Source: Eledone cirrhosa
Taxonomy: Eukaryota
Reading direction: 5' to 3'
Length of the DNA stretch: 64,000 nt
NCBI GenBank assembly: GCA_964016885.1
Contig: OZ024740.1
Coordinates: forward strand, 437,534,001-437,598,000
Below the pieces are notes generated by a model. It saw only the letters and a list, made by a program, of their open reading frames with translations, was not told the DNA's origin and searched no databases. Positions 1-12,280 of the stretch are shown piece by piece; position 1 is the first letter of the stretch, and each line of letters opens with the position of its first letter. Made by a program: the position numbers and the translations under genes.

Positions 1-107
1 AGGTTGGTGTTAGGAAGGGCATCCAGCTGTAGAAATCAAGCCAGAATCAGTTCCTGTCCCACCCTTACAAGGAGGGAAAACCGGGCGTAAAATGATGATG
101 ATGATGA
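1..107 (+). mobile_element. 3' end of CORE-type SINE family A (RTE-derived tail)
   Basis: Matches the 3' part of full copies (gttaggaagggcatccagctgtagaaatcaagccagaatcagttcc...cgtaaaa(tga)n), e.g. 54503-54843. Confidence 0.85.
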
Positions 108-1385
108 TATATATATATATATATATGTAAAAGCAGGAACCATATGATCTGTCCTCAAAGTCAAAGCAGTCAGTTGTTCTGATTCTCTACTATATCCTGT
201 ACTTCTCTCTTTCTCTCTCTCTTGTATTATTCTATTACACACCCATTGATGGATACTTCTAATTACCAAAGTTTAGTCACTTGACACTGTATCACACACC
301 AAATCAAATATAAAACTAATATCATTACATTAACTATGTTTTATAAGTATATAATTTCTGTATGTGTGTGTGATTAACATTTGTTGGTGTAATACTTACT
401 TTACAACTGCTTCTACCAAGCCTGTTGTATTATGTCTGGTCTGTTATACATTAATGCTGGAATATATTCAGATAACACTGGTTTTTGTAAACTAGCTGAA
501 AATTTGACTTATTTATTTGCACATTGAGTTTTGCAGCTATCATCTTCACTTGTTCTTGCCAATAAAACAGCACGATTATCTCCCTAGAGAGTATGAATGC
601 CTGCTGTCTTATACAGAACCATATCATTACTTCTTTGCCAAATATATTGCAGAACTATACTGCTTTTTCAACTTCATATTCTATTTTTCATTTTTTATAG
701 TTCTCACAATATCATAAAGTTGGATATAATAAATTAAATTCATTTAACTGTTACATTTCTTTTTTCTTTTGTTTTTATACCTTTATTATTTTTATTTTTG
801 TATTTTGTTTTTATTCTAACTTGGGATTTGTATTTCCTGGAAATCTAAATTCCCTCAAGGTGTAAACTTCTTAAAAAATATATTGCTTCAATTCCGAACA
901 CACACACACGTATACACTTATGAAATGTTTAATTTTCTTTGGTATAGAAGAAAGCATATTTTCTATGTAATTTCATTAGTTTAAGAATCATTTCACTTTC
1001 TTTTCCTCTTTTATACATAATTTTTCCTTTACTTGAAACAAATGGCTGCTTTTAACAAACTTGCTTCTTTTAAAATTGCTTTGCTCTTTATAAAAACTAC
1101 ATAAAAGACGTCATTGTGTTTTATATTTCATCAATAATGATAATAATAATAATAGTAATAATAATAATAATGGTTATCATGATCGTAATCGTGACATTTC
1201 TGCCAAACACAAAGTACATCTCCTTCTGTGGGGTACACAAACCCATGACCCAAGGACCAGGAATCTAGCACCTTTCTATTTAGATATTTCACTCTATAAT
1301 ATTGATTTTTTTCCACATTTTTGCATGAGGAGAGTAAACCAGCTGGGATTCCGTTAGTAATATAGCAAATAGGCCTAGGAAAAAC

Positions 1386-1640
1386 CTCATACTATCATCA
1401 TCATCATAATTACCACCATCATCATCACTGCCATCATTATTTGGGCATTATTGTTTATTTAGTTCAATGCAGTCTCCTCCATTCATCATCATATCATCAT
1501 TGCCATCACCACCATCATCATTATCACCACCATCATCATTATCACCACCATCATCATCATCATCATCATCACCACCACTACCACCATCATTTCCACCACC
1601 ACCATCATCACTACCACCACCACCTCCTCCATCATCATCA
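1386..1640. repeat. (CAT/CAC)n trinucleotide microsatellite
   Basis: Direct inspection; explains the His/Pro/Gly-rich ORFs in the track. Confidence 0.9.
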
Positions 1641-1995
1641 TTGTTTTTCATGCTTGGATGGTTTAGACAAGATGTTTTCTGGCAGGTTTTGTTATGGCCC
1701 ACTGCACCCCCCTGAGACCAATCACTACTTTATTCTAGGGGCCGTTTATGTTGCTAATGATTGACAAACTGATACACCACCAGGCATATTGCTTATGACA
1801 GACATAAACAAATATCACTACAGGTTTTATAAACTGTTGATATTACATTTGCAGCAACTGACACATACACACATACACATACATACACACACACAATGGA
1901 CTTTCTTATAGTCTCTGTTTACCAAATTCACTCACAGAGTATTGTTATATTGGAAGATACTTGCCCATGGCACAAACTTAAGAAATTATTGGTTA

Positions 1996-2222
1996 TGGTA
2001 AATCTAAGGCACAGGTTACCAACCTTTGGTAAATCTAAGGCAGAGGTTACCAACATGTGGTAAATCTAAGGCAGAGGTTACCAACATGTGGTAAATCTAA
2101 GGCAGTGGTTACCAACCTGTGGTAAATCTAAGGCAGTGGTTACCAACCTGTGGTAAATCTAAGGCAGTGGTTACCAACCTGTGGTAAATCTAAGGCAGAT
2201 GTTGCCAACCTGTGGTAAATCT
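1996..2222. repeat. 31-bp minisatellite, ~7 copies
   Basis: Unit tggtaaatctaaggcagtggttaccaacctg recurs at 1996, 2027, 2058, 2089, 2120, 2151, 2182, 2213. Confidence 0.95.
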
Positions 2223-2320
2223 ACACCCTGATGTAAATTGTTACATATATATATATTTCAATTGTAATTAAAAGTATTCTGAAGTTTAAAAGAAAATTTG
2301 ACGTAGGTTTATTTCATTCC

Positions 2321-2553
2321 TTAACCCTTTAGTTACCTGGCCAAAGCCAGCTCTGGTTCTATGAGATAAAACTAACCATTTTAAAAGTTTCCAATCTAAA
2401 TTCAAATCTTCCAACATAATTTTATAAAAGTACCTTACATTAATTAATTTTAGTAATGAAATAAATAATAATTTTAGTACATCTCTCAAAATTATTCATT
2501 AATTAATTGAAATAGAGTTTATTTCATTAGAAATATGGTCATGACAGGGTTAA
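2321..2553. mobile_element. piggyBac-like MITE remnant
   Basis: ttaa|ccct...aggg|ttaa ends with degenerate TIRs; related sequence in reverse orientation at ~26590-26785, where the end is triplicated. Confidence 0.55.
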
Positions 2554-2827
2554 CTTTTTACATCATGTACTGTATGAAACTGAATTAGTAAAACATTGTT
2601 GAAAAAGTATAAAATAGAACTATGACTACATCACATTTAAAGGTAAAGACATAACTTTAATATTACAAGTTTTCACAACGATCTGTCCTCAGGTTAGGAT
2701 ACTACAAACATTTAACAAACCCATTTTTAGATTTGAGGATGTTAAGAGTTAAAATATTAATTAGTTTTCTTTCTTTTGTTTTAGATTTAATGATTTTTAT
2801 GAGTCTCATTAATTGATGTTTTCATAA

Positions 2828-3565
2828 TGACTGTATTTAGTCCTAGTACTGACGGTATTAGGTCCCAGTACTGATACTGACTGTATTAGGTCCTAGTACT
2901 GATACTGACTGTATTAGGTCCTAGTAGTGATACTGACTGTATTAGGTCCTAGTACTGACACTGACTGTATTAGATCCAACATTATCATCAGGTCGAGCTT
3001 GCTCGGCTTTCTACGATACGTTTCCTCCATCCATCTCTGTCTCTCATAGCGTTTGCCAGTTCTTCCGCAGTGCATCCAGTATCGTCCTCAAGTTGCTTGA
3101 CGTATGTCGTCTTGGGACGACCAGCGTTTCTTGCTCCATGAGATGGACTCCATAACAACACATCACCTGCTATTTCTTCCTTGCTGCGCCAACAGTGGCC
3201 AGCAAATCTGAGTCTCTGTCCACGTATTTACCTGCTGATAGGTGGTATATTGCCATAGAGATCATTATTTGTTGGGTGTTCCCTCCAAGACACGTTTAAA
3301 GCAGCACGGAGCATACGTGTGTATGCCCCGTCTAGCTTTTTCTCCAGTTTCGATGTTAGCGTCCAAGTGATAGAGCCATAAACAAGCACAGATTCCACAT
3401 CAGCTCTGAAGAAATTCCTTTTCAGTTTGGCCGGCAGGTTTCATTTCCGTATTAGATCCTAGTACTGATACTGACTGTATTAGGTCCTAGAACTGACTGT
3501 ATTAGGTCCTAGTACTGACTGAATTTAATCCTAGTACTTACATTGACTGTATTAGATCCTAGTAA
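2828..3565. repeat. ~28-bp minisatellite split by a LINE insertion
   Basis: Unit ctgactgtattaggtcctagtactgata on both sides of 2978-3448. Confidence 0.9.
2978..3448 (-). mobile_element. 5'-truncated RTE/RTE-X-type LINE 3' end (not in ORF track)
   Basis: Manual translation: LKRNFFRADVESVLVYGSITWTLT...YTRMLRAALNVSWREH...QRLRFAGHCWRSKEE...GRPKTTYV; flanked by probable 11-bp TSD gtattagatcc (2967-2977, 3449-3459). Confidence 0.85.
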
Positions 3566-4021
3566 TATCTGCAAGAGTTCTTGGTTATTTCAGCACCTTT
3601 GCTTTACTACCATCCACAGTAATGCTGCCTCAGTAATTACATGAGGAAACTCCTGCACCCTTGTGGCATCGGATTCAGTGTCTATATCATCTCCCACTTT
3701 CTTCCTCTTTTATATATATATGTGTGTATATTTATATGAGCAAGACATGGTCAGCCGGATGGCCCACAACAGGACAACCCGTCTAACCCATGCTAGTGTG
3801 GAAGAACGGACGTAAAACGGTGATGATGGTGTATGTGTGTATATCCAACCCATGCAAACATGAAAAAGCAGACATAAAAACGATGTTGATATATATAATT
3901 GTTTTTTTTTTTAGATAATTGTACTTACCTAACACACACGCACATATACATTTATATATATAAACTTTAATCTGTACTAATAATAGATATTTGCTCTACA
4001 GGTTTGTATACTTATATATCT

Positions 4022-4302
4022 AAAAAGTCTAAAGTCTGTCTTAAGCCAGAAGGCTCATTTGGCCGGTGCTTATCCCGGTTTCATGGCATGAAGCGACTGG
4101 GAGTACAAGACCCCCTGGACAGGACGCCAGTCCATCGCAGGGTTAAACCTCCAGCTATTACTGGTACTCATTTCCAGCTGAATATACTGGAGCAACGTGA
4201 AATGAAGTGTTTTGTTCAAGAACACAACATGCAACCCAGGAATCGAACCCACGACATAATGATCGTAAGTCCAACACTCTTACCACTAGGCCACGTGCCT
4301 CC
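4022..4302 (-). mobile_element. tRNA-derived SINE with CORE domain and a distinct V-domain-like 3' body
   Basis: A box tggcctagtgg, B box ggttcgattcc, CORE-like ttcttgaacaaaacacttcatttcacgttgctccag, then cctgcgatggactggcgtcctgtccagggg; degraded copy at ~31470-31790. Confidence 0.75.
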
Positions 4303-4325
4303 ACTCTATACTTATATATATATAT

Positions 4326-4356
<31 letters not shown>

Positions 4357-4515
4357 GGTTAGTTGGTTCACCATTGGATAGAACTGGGCATTCCGTATGG
4401 TCAATCTCGAGGGCGACCCGACTGAGGTAGAAGCTGCTAAATAGTCGGTCGTCCTCTTGTCTCTGATTTTCAGCCCCATGGATTTTATCTGTTATATTCC
4501 TTTATTATATTTTGA

Positions 4516-4573
4516 ATACCTGATGATATCACCGGATTCATACTGAACCCGGTCATTGAAATGATCATAGTAT
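4516..4573 (+). ncRNA. minimal type I hammerhead ribozyme (Penelope pLTR-type)
   Basis: atac-CTGATGA-[accgg...ccggt stem II, mismatched at its base]-GAAA-tgatca-TA-gtat; palindromic stem III atgatcat. Confidence 0.75.
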
Positions 4574-4964
4574 AATAAACCTTTCAAGGATTTACCCCAG
4601 TCCAGCCTCCTCTTATTTTATAATATATATACATACACACACACACAATCCTTATCGAGCCTCTTCGCATGTTGGTCATCATAATTATCATATATATAGA
4701 TATATATATATGTCAGTCATGAAGAGTTGGTGTCTAACATCAGAGCATATGGTTCTTGAGCCACTAAAGTCTTCACTCAAAGCTGGAATACATCTTGAAA
4801 AATTGTCAAATTCAAATTAAATCGAAATAAATGAAACATCCAGTCAAACTTATGTTGCATTTAAATAAAACAAGAAACAGTTTCTAGAGAAAGACTAAAA
4901 ATAAGGCTTTAGTATCTAAAGTAGATCTTATGTCAACATATACACATATACCCATATATATATA

Positions 4965-5361
4965 TCATCATCATCATTTTCATCATTTCATTTTACGTCC
5001 GGTTTTCCCTGCTTGCAAGGGTGGGACAGGAACTGATTCTGGCTTGATTTCTACAGCTGGATGCCCTTCCTAACACCAACCTCATTTACAGTGGTGAGTG
5101 CTTTTTTTTCCGTGGCGCCTACACGTCCATTTTACAGTGAGGGCTGGGTGCTATTTTTGCCGTGGTACCTCCACAACCACTTTGCACTGGAATGATAGGG
5201 AGCCCAGTCCCTATCATCTCATTTCTATAGCTGAGTGAACTGGAGCAATGTGAAATAAAGTGTCTTGTTCAAGGAAACAACACATCACCCAGTCTGAGAA
5301 TTGAACTCACAACCTTTCGATTGCAAGGCCAAATGCTCTAACCAGTGAGCCATGTGCCGCC
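4965..5361 (-). mobile_element. CORE-SINE family A, full length
   Basis: tRNA head, CORE-like cttgaacaagacactttatttcacattgctccagttcactcagctatagaaatgagatg, RTE tail, (tga)n. Confidence 0.9.
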
Positions 5362-5540
5362 GCGTAAATAGATAGGTAGGTAGGTATATAGATGGATGGA
5401 TGAATGGATGGATAGATAGTTAGATGTATAGATGGGTAGACAGATAGATAGGTAGGTAGATGGATAGGTAAATAGATTGATGGATAGGTATATAGATGGA
5501 TAGGTAAATAGATTGATGGATAGGTATATAGATAGATAAA

Positions 5541-6549
5541 TTTCTTTATTAGCCACAAGGGCACAAAAGAAGGGGACAAATACAAATGGGGAGTTTACAT
5601 ACAGGTATATGAAAATAAAACTATTAATAAAATAACAAATAACAATTGAAATCCCCAATAGGGGAGAGGCGTTACACAGGGGTTGTACATACGCCGAAAA
5701 AATGTACAACCCTCATCTCCAGGAGCACCAAGAGTGAGTACTTCCTTCCTCTCTTCCCTCAGCCTACAGGCTTATATAGAGAGAAGGCCCAACCACTCGG
5801 GCCATCTTTGCCACATTCACCCACCTTTTATAAAATTTTCTGGGGTACAGCACCTCTCTCTCCATCCTGATTATTCTTCCAAAATGATATTTGAAAAAAC
5901 GAATCAGTTGCTCGCCGGAGAGAAAGGAGTCTGACCTCAGCCCTTTTAACCTCTTTCACCATAGCCATAACACATAGGAAAACCGCCTCTCCCTCGTTTT
6001 TGAAGGAGGGTGGCGATTTGATCATGACAATGGACTCGGTGGTCAACTGGATTGGTCCCACCAGCGACAATAGTCGTTGTACATAGCCCTACAGGTCGGT
6101 AACGCCCGGGCAGTGTACAAATGCGTGCGCGACAGTTTCCTCGTCGCGCACGCATCTCGGACAGATCTTTTTCGAAGGGTCCCTGCCTGGGCGCCCATGT
6201 CTGTAGAGCTTGTCTCGAACTGGTAGAGCTCCTCGGTAGCACTGCCAGGCCAGGGACTTTTGGAAGTTGTCCATTGGTCCCGGGCGGAAGGTCCTACTGA
6301 ACAGACTGGCCAGTTCGTCCTCCTCTACGCCCAGAGTTTCTCCGAGCGCGTCATCGCACTTGCTGCGGACCAACCCTCTATAGAATGTCGAACTGGAGTC
6401 TCCACTGATCGCCGGGTCCGTTTGCCAGAGGACTGTGAGTGCCTGAGCACATTCGGTGTGCCAGTCGCCCATTTTCCTCGGTCTTTGCTTGACCCAGGAC
6501 TGCAGCTCGGTCAGCGAGACGAGTCGTGGGACGGCTCGCCTCACGAACG
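5541..6549 (-). mobile_element. Tx1/L1-clade LINE 3' end in a (GATA/GATG)n microsatellite
   Basis: C-terminal RT-associated Zn finger AWQCYRGALPVRDKL...CPRC...EETVAHAFVHCP, aataaa at the 3' end; frameshifted; second copy at 56968-57946. Confidence 0.85.
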
Positions 6550-7139
6550 GATAGGTATATAGATGGATAGGTAAATAGATTGATGGATACGTAAATAGAT
6601 AGATAGATAGGTAAATAGATAGATGGATAGGATAGGTATATAGATAGATAGATAGATATATAGATGAATGGATGGATAGATAGTTAGATGTATAGATGGG
6701 TAGATAGATAGGTAGGTAGATACATAGATAGATGGATATGTAGATATAAAATAATTCTGATTCCTTGCATCAGATAAATGGCATGATGATAAATGTCTCC
6801 ACATGCCACATGGGGATTATAAAAACAGCGCTTAACTGCAAGTTTTTCAAACATTATGCAGAAGGGAAATGAATTTGTATCTGATGCCAGTCTTGCAGCT
6901 ATACTTTTCCAATGTTCTCATGGTATCTATTGCCAACAACTGATGTACTAAACTCTATAGATATTTTACCCAAACATGCTACATATTGCCTGCAGCTAAT
7001 AATCCAGCATTCTATCACAGAATCACCTTAACATAAGAACCCTCATAATAACTATAACTTCTCTCCTTCCCTCTCTTCACGATTTTAACATTGGTAAAGG
7101 TTTATACTTTTTCATTTTCTTCTGCCTTTAAACCTTTAG

Positions 7140-7390
7140 ATGGCAGCGGCGGTGGCAGCGTTAATGATGGCAGTATTGGTGGTGGTAGTGATGGTTGAGG
7201 TGGTGGTAGTAGTGATGGTTGAGGTGATGGTGATGGTAGTGGTGATAATGGTTGTGGTGGTAGTGGTGGTGGTAGTAATGGTTGTGGTGATGGTGGTGAT
7301 GGTTGAGATGGTAGTAGTGGTGATGGTTGAGGTGGTAGTGGTGGTGGTGGTGGTGGTGGTAGTGATGGTTGAGGTGGTAGTGGTGGCATT
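7140..7390. repeat. (GGT/GAT/AGT)n trinucleotide tract
   Basis: Direct inspection. Confidence 0.9.
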
Positions 7391-7923
7391 TTTGGTATTT
7401 CACAATCTCTCTCTATATGCACACACACACATACATGTACACCATATTTCCTGGTGTCGAAGACGGTATTTCTTTCCTAAAATACGTCTTGATAATCTAC
7501 CCTGTGTCCTGGAGGCCGAAGGTTGTGTTTCCTAGAGACATACCCTAACCTCAGGAAAATTACCTCTCAATGAAGTGGATAAATTAAACTTAGTTACAGT
7601 ACCAAATAAGCAAAATATAAAAGAATTAGGCCACAAGACCCAAATTGCCACAACCTTATTTTATGTTTATCATTGTTTTACAAATTTTTGGTTGTCAACA
7701 TTGGGGTGCATCCTTCAGGGTGAAGCATCTTCAATGGCGGGAAGTAGGGTATATTGAAAGAGAAGCATTGTGATAACATTGATTACATAATATAATCTAA
7801 TAATATCTTTCCAAGTTCAATGGTTTTATGTAATATATATATTATGTAATGTTATGGCATAGCTTCTCTTTCAATTCTAAAACTTCACTCGCCGTGTCCC
7901 AAACATATTTCCTTTATGTACAT

Positions 7924-7995
<72 letters not shown>

Positions 7996-8149
7996 TGCCC
8001 CCTCGTTATCGAGTATGGACATTGCACGAGAAAAAAAAAACATAATAATAATTATAATAATAACAACAATAATAATGACAACAACAATGATAATATACAT
8101 ATATATATATACACACACACACACACATAAACATATCTACACACACACA

Positions 8150-9230
8150 CACGATAGTGGCTTTTTAGCCCAGCCAATGATCTAAAATGTCTTGTACAGA
8201 GTTGGCAACCAAAACATTCATGTACTTTTGCATGTCGCTTGGACCCTACTGCTGATTTACATTCTCTACCACATGCTCGGCAAGCATGATGAGTAGCATC
8301 TCCAACAGCAGCCTGGTAGTCAACCACTGGTCTTACTTTATGACTGCGAAGATCACTTTTGAGTCCAGCTTTGTTTAGCCAGAGTCTCGCACAGACGCTG
8401 CATGTCAACGCCATAGGAGGACCTTCGTTGTCTTGAAATGCAACAGTAATGCCCTTCCTCACATCCCGCTTTATTTCTCGTATGCGATTCGAGATGCCTC
8501 AAAGGCAACTTTTCCCCCATATACAGTCTTTCTCCATTCATTACGATCAGCAGCAAGATTTTCCCATGTATCAGCAGAGATGTTAGAGGCTTTCAAGGAA
8601 TCCTTATACCTCTTTATTGGTTTATGCGAAGGTCGTTTTCCTTTAACTAACTCTCCATAAAAGAGTTGTTTTGGTATTCTAGAATCCTTCATCCAAGCAA
8701 GGTGACCACTCCAACGGAGTCGTTGCTTAAGCACAAGAGCTTCTATACTGTCACACAGAGAGCTTTCCAAAATCTCGACATCACTGATGTGGTCCCTCCA
8801 GTGAATGCCAAGGATCCGTCTGAGACACATCTGATGGAAACACTCCAATTGTTTAAGGTGGTGTCGCATGTGACCCAGGTCTTGCAGGCATAAAGAAGAG
8901 AAGAGAGCACACATACCTTGTACACCTTTACCTTTGTCTTCTTGCATATGTCTCGCCGACCCCAGAGTCGCCTTTCTAGCTTTCTGAAAGCATCACTTGC
9001 TTTCCTAATCCTGAGTGGGATTTCATTATCAAGGTTGCTATATCGATTGACAGTGCTTCCCAGGTAGACAAACTGATCAACCACTCCAAGTCATTTACCA
9101 TATACATAGATATTTGGTTCACTGTACTGCTTACCAGGGGCAGGTTGGTACATGACAACAGTTTTCTTGAGACTGACAGTCAATCCTAGGGCAGTGTAAG
9201 CATCAGAAAATGTATTCAAAATGCATTTTC
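8150..9230 (-). mobile_element. RTE (BovB-like) LINE 3' fragment with three C-terminal C2H2-like fingers
   Basis: VDQFVYLGS...RIRKASDAF...LLYACKTW...QRLRWSGHL...KQLFYGEL; then CSVC..H, CRAC..H, CQLC..H; several frameshifts. Confidence 0.9.
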
Positions 9231-9252
9231 TTTTATATATATATACATACAT

Positions 9253-9297
<45 letters not shown>

Positions 9298-10764
9298 CAT
9301 GATGATGATGAAGATGTGTGTGTGTGTTAAGTATTTTTCAATGTAATTTTCTACTTAGTAATTGATATTGTTGGCTGGGGTTGTGAAATTACTGACAGAA
9401 AACAGGTTGACATTTCATATCTTGTCAATTAGAGGACATATTTTTCAGTGAAGCACTTATAGAATTAAGAATGATTAAGAAATAAATTTTATTATCAAAT
9501 ATATATCGGCCTACAAGATCCCCAACCCCATTTACTTACAGAGTATGGTCCATGTCATGTATGGAGTGACAGGTACAAGGTCCATGAAATGTATGCACTG
9601 TAGTGCCACAAAGCCCATGAAATATATGCAGTGCATTCTGAGTTAAATATCTTCTAGAGACATATAACTTTAGACTAATTATTTGGCAACCATCTTAATT
9701 TCTCGTGAATTTCATTTTACCATTAACATTAAACTTCTGAGTACCAAGATAGCTGTTGTATAAAAAAATTCCTTTTTGCATTTGTTATTGAAAGATGTCT
9801 TAATTTAGTTAATAATTCAGATAAAAAAATCAACATTTTATTTGAGCACATTGTTATTTTATATTTAATGTCTACAATGACTCTACCACAATATAATTGT
9901 TCTTTCATTTTTAATGTTAACAATGATCCTACAGTGGTTTATTTTAATCCTTCTTCAACCTTTAACCTACCTTTTCACATATTTATTGAGTTATTTTATG
10001 ACTTCAAACAATGTAACATTTTATCTGCCCAGAGACCTAAATAGTCTACATCAGTTAGAACAAAATGACCATTACTTTCCCATCTTTCTCACCCTGAAGC
10101 AAACGAAAGGCAAACGGATTTTCTTTTTTCTGTTCTGTTTTATTTAGTCTTGTTTTCTGGGAATAATATTTAATATTTAATTTTTTTCTCAATCAATTGA
10201 TGTATTGATTATGTATTTCTATTGATGACTGCTGGAAAACATAACTTGACGTAGAGGGATTCATACAATTTAGTAGAGACATACATGTAGGCAGTACAAC
10301 ATAGAGAAATAGACTTAATATAAAAATATAGAAATCTCGCTCCAGGAAATGTATGACCATTCATAAAATAGATTTTAGAATTTTTTTCTTTACAACTTTC
10401 ATATCAACTTTGTTAGTTTAACATGAAGATTTGTTTTGTTTTCTTAATTTTTCTAAAGTATTGTTTTTCTAAATTAGAATTCTTTACCTGAGGGACCTTT
10501 ACTAGTTAATGATTTTATCGGAAGATTAACTGAAAAAGGAAAAGTAATCCACAAAATAAGAGACAGTGGGGTAAAAATGACTGAAAAACAAATATTATTT
10601 TTTACAGATTGATGTTAACAGAGTTAGACATTTCTGAGAGACTTTCTGGATCTTCTTCAACAATATAATATAATATATAATATAATATAATATAATATAT
10701 AATATAATAATACAACAGTATATAATAATATAATATAATATATAATAATATAACAATATATAAT

Positions 10765-10925
10765 AATTGTTTCTACTTTTGGCACAAGGTTAGCAATTAT
10801 TCCAGTGTATTACTGGTACTTTATTTTATCGACCCCGTAAGGATGAAAAGCAAAGTTAACCTCGGCGGGATTTGAACTCAGAATGGAAAGGGCTGTAACT
10901 CTTTGCTGCAAAACATGGTGTCCAA
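10765..10925 (-). mobile_element. SINE family B (Deu/Nin-like middle)
   Basis: ctgagttcaaatcccgccgaggttaactttgc..ttcatccttacggggtcgataaaataaagtaccag; more than 10 copies in the window. Confidence 0.85.
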
Positions 10926-11291
10926 CCCTCACACACACACAGACAGACATCCTCAGTTTTATATATATAGATAATATAATATATAATAATATAACAATAT
11001 ATAATTATATAATATATAATAATATAACAATATATAATAAACGGAAAAAATGAAACAAAATTCCATTTCTCACTCTTAGTACGGCTGTTACTTAAATATA
11101 AGTATGTATACGTACATACAGTAGTATGTATATGTATATATATACATACATGCACACATATATATATATGTACATATGGATTCACCGAACATTTATTATA
11201 ATGCTCGGTGTGTTTGTAAACAAACATCCCGAATTAAGCCGTACAATGTCTAGCAACCATCGTTGCTAATTTGTTCAACACTGACAAAGGA

Positions 11292-11334
11292 ACGCTGTAC
11301 TAGTTTCAAGCTTATTAGCTATCGTCAGCAACAT
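11292..11334 (-). ncRNA. minimal type I hammerhead ribozyme, intact core
   Basis: Minus strand reads atgttg-CTGACGA-tagct aata agctt-GAAA-ctag-TA-cagcgt; palindromic stem III actagt, GUA cleavage triplet. Confidence 0.8.
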
Positions 11335-11436
11335 ATACCTTCCTGCCAGATGATTGAACGTCTGAAAATATATAATTTCCTTATGCATAAGGAAAGTATA
11401 TACTTTCAGACGTTCAATCATCTGGCAGGAAGGTAT

Positions 11437-11479
11437 ACGTTGCTGACAATAGCTAATAAGCTTGAAATTAGTACAGCGT
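11437..11479 (+). ncRNA. mirror copy of the hammerhead with core mutations
   Basis: acgttg-CTGACAA(G8A)-tagctaataagctt-GAAA-ttag-TA-cagcgt. Confidence 0.6.
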
Positions 11480-11689
11480 TCCTTTGTCAGGGTTGAACAA
11501 ATGAGCAACGATGGTTGCTAGACACTGTACAGCTTAATTCGGGATGTTTGTTTACAAACACACCGAGCATTATAATAAATGTTCGGTGAATCCATACATA
11601 CATATATATATGTGTGCATGTATGTATATACATATACATTCTACTGTACGTATACATACTTATATTTAAATAATATAATATAATATATA

Positions 11690-11797
11690 ATAATTGTTTC
11701 TACTTTTGGCACAAGGCCAGCAATTATCCCAGGGTATTACTGGTACTTTATTTTATCGACCCCGTAAGGATGAAAGGCAAAGTTAACCTCGGCGGGA
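11690..11797 (-). mobile_element. SINE family B, 5'-truncated
   Basis: Same sequence as 10765-10925. Confidence 0.85.
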
Positions 11798-11819
11798 TAA
11801 TAATATAATATAACAAAAT

Positions 11820-12224
11820 ATAATAATATAATATAATTATCATCATCATCATTTTACGTCCGCTTTTCCATGCTTGCAAGGGTGGGACGGGAACTGATTC
11901 TGGCTTGATTTCTACAGCTGGATGCCCTTCTTAACACCAACCTCATTTTACATTGAGTGCTGGGTACTTTTTTTTCGTGGCACTTACACGCCCACTTTAC
12001 AGTGTGGGCTGGGTGCTTTTTTTGCCGTGGCACATCTACAACCACTTTGCAGTGGAATGATAGGGACCCCAGTCGTATCATCTCATTTCTACAGCTGAGT
12101 AAACTGGAGCAATGTGAAATAAAGTGTCTTGCTCAAGGAAACAACACATCACCCGGTCTGAAAATTGAACTCACAACCTTTCGATTGCAAGGCCAATGCT
12201 CTAACCACCAAGCTCTGTGCCTCC
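11820..12224 (-). mobile_element. CORE-SINE family A, full length
   Basis: tRNA head, CORE domain, RTE tail. Confidence 0.9.
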
Positions 12225-12280
12225 ATATAATAATATAATATAATATATAACAATATATAATAATATAATATATAATAATA

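Larger units (their letters stand above)
11092..11669. repeat. ~580-bp near-perfect palindrome with no loop (centre ttatg|cataa, 11385/11386)
   Basis: Arms are reverse complements with scattered mismatches; mirrored ORFs 11263-11496(+) and 11275-11508(-). Confidence 0.95.

Noticed and set aside
8052-8462. C2H2 fingers as a host zinc-finger gene exon
   Set aside because: They are contiguous with the RTE ORF C-terminus, degenerate, and lack splice signals
11263-11508. Mirror-image 77-aa ORFs
   Set aside because: A by-product of the palindrome, not coding
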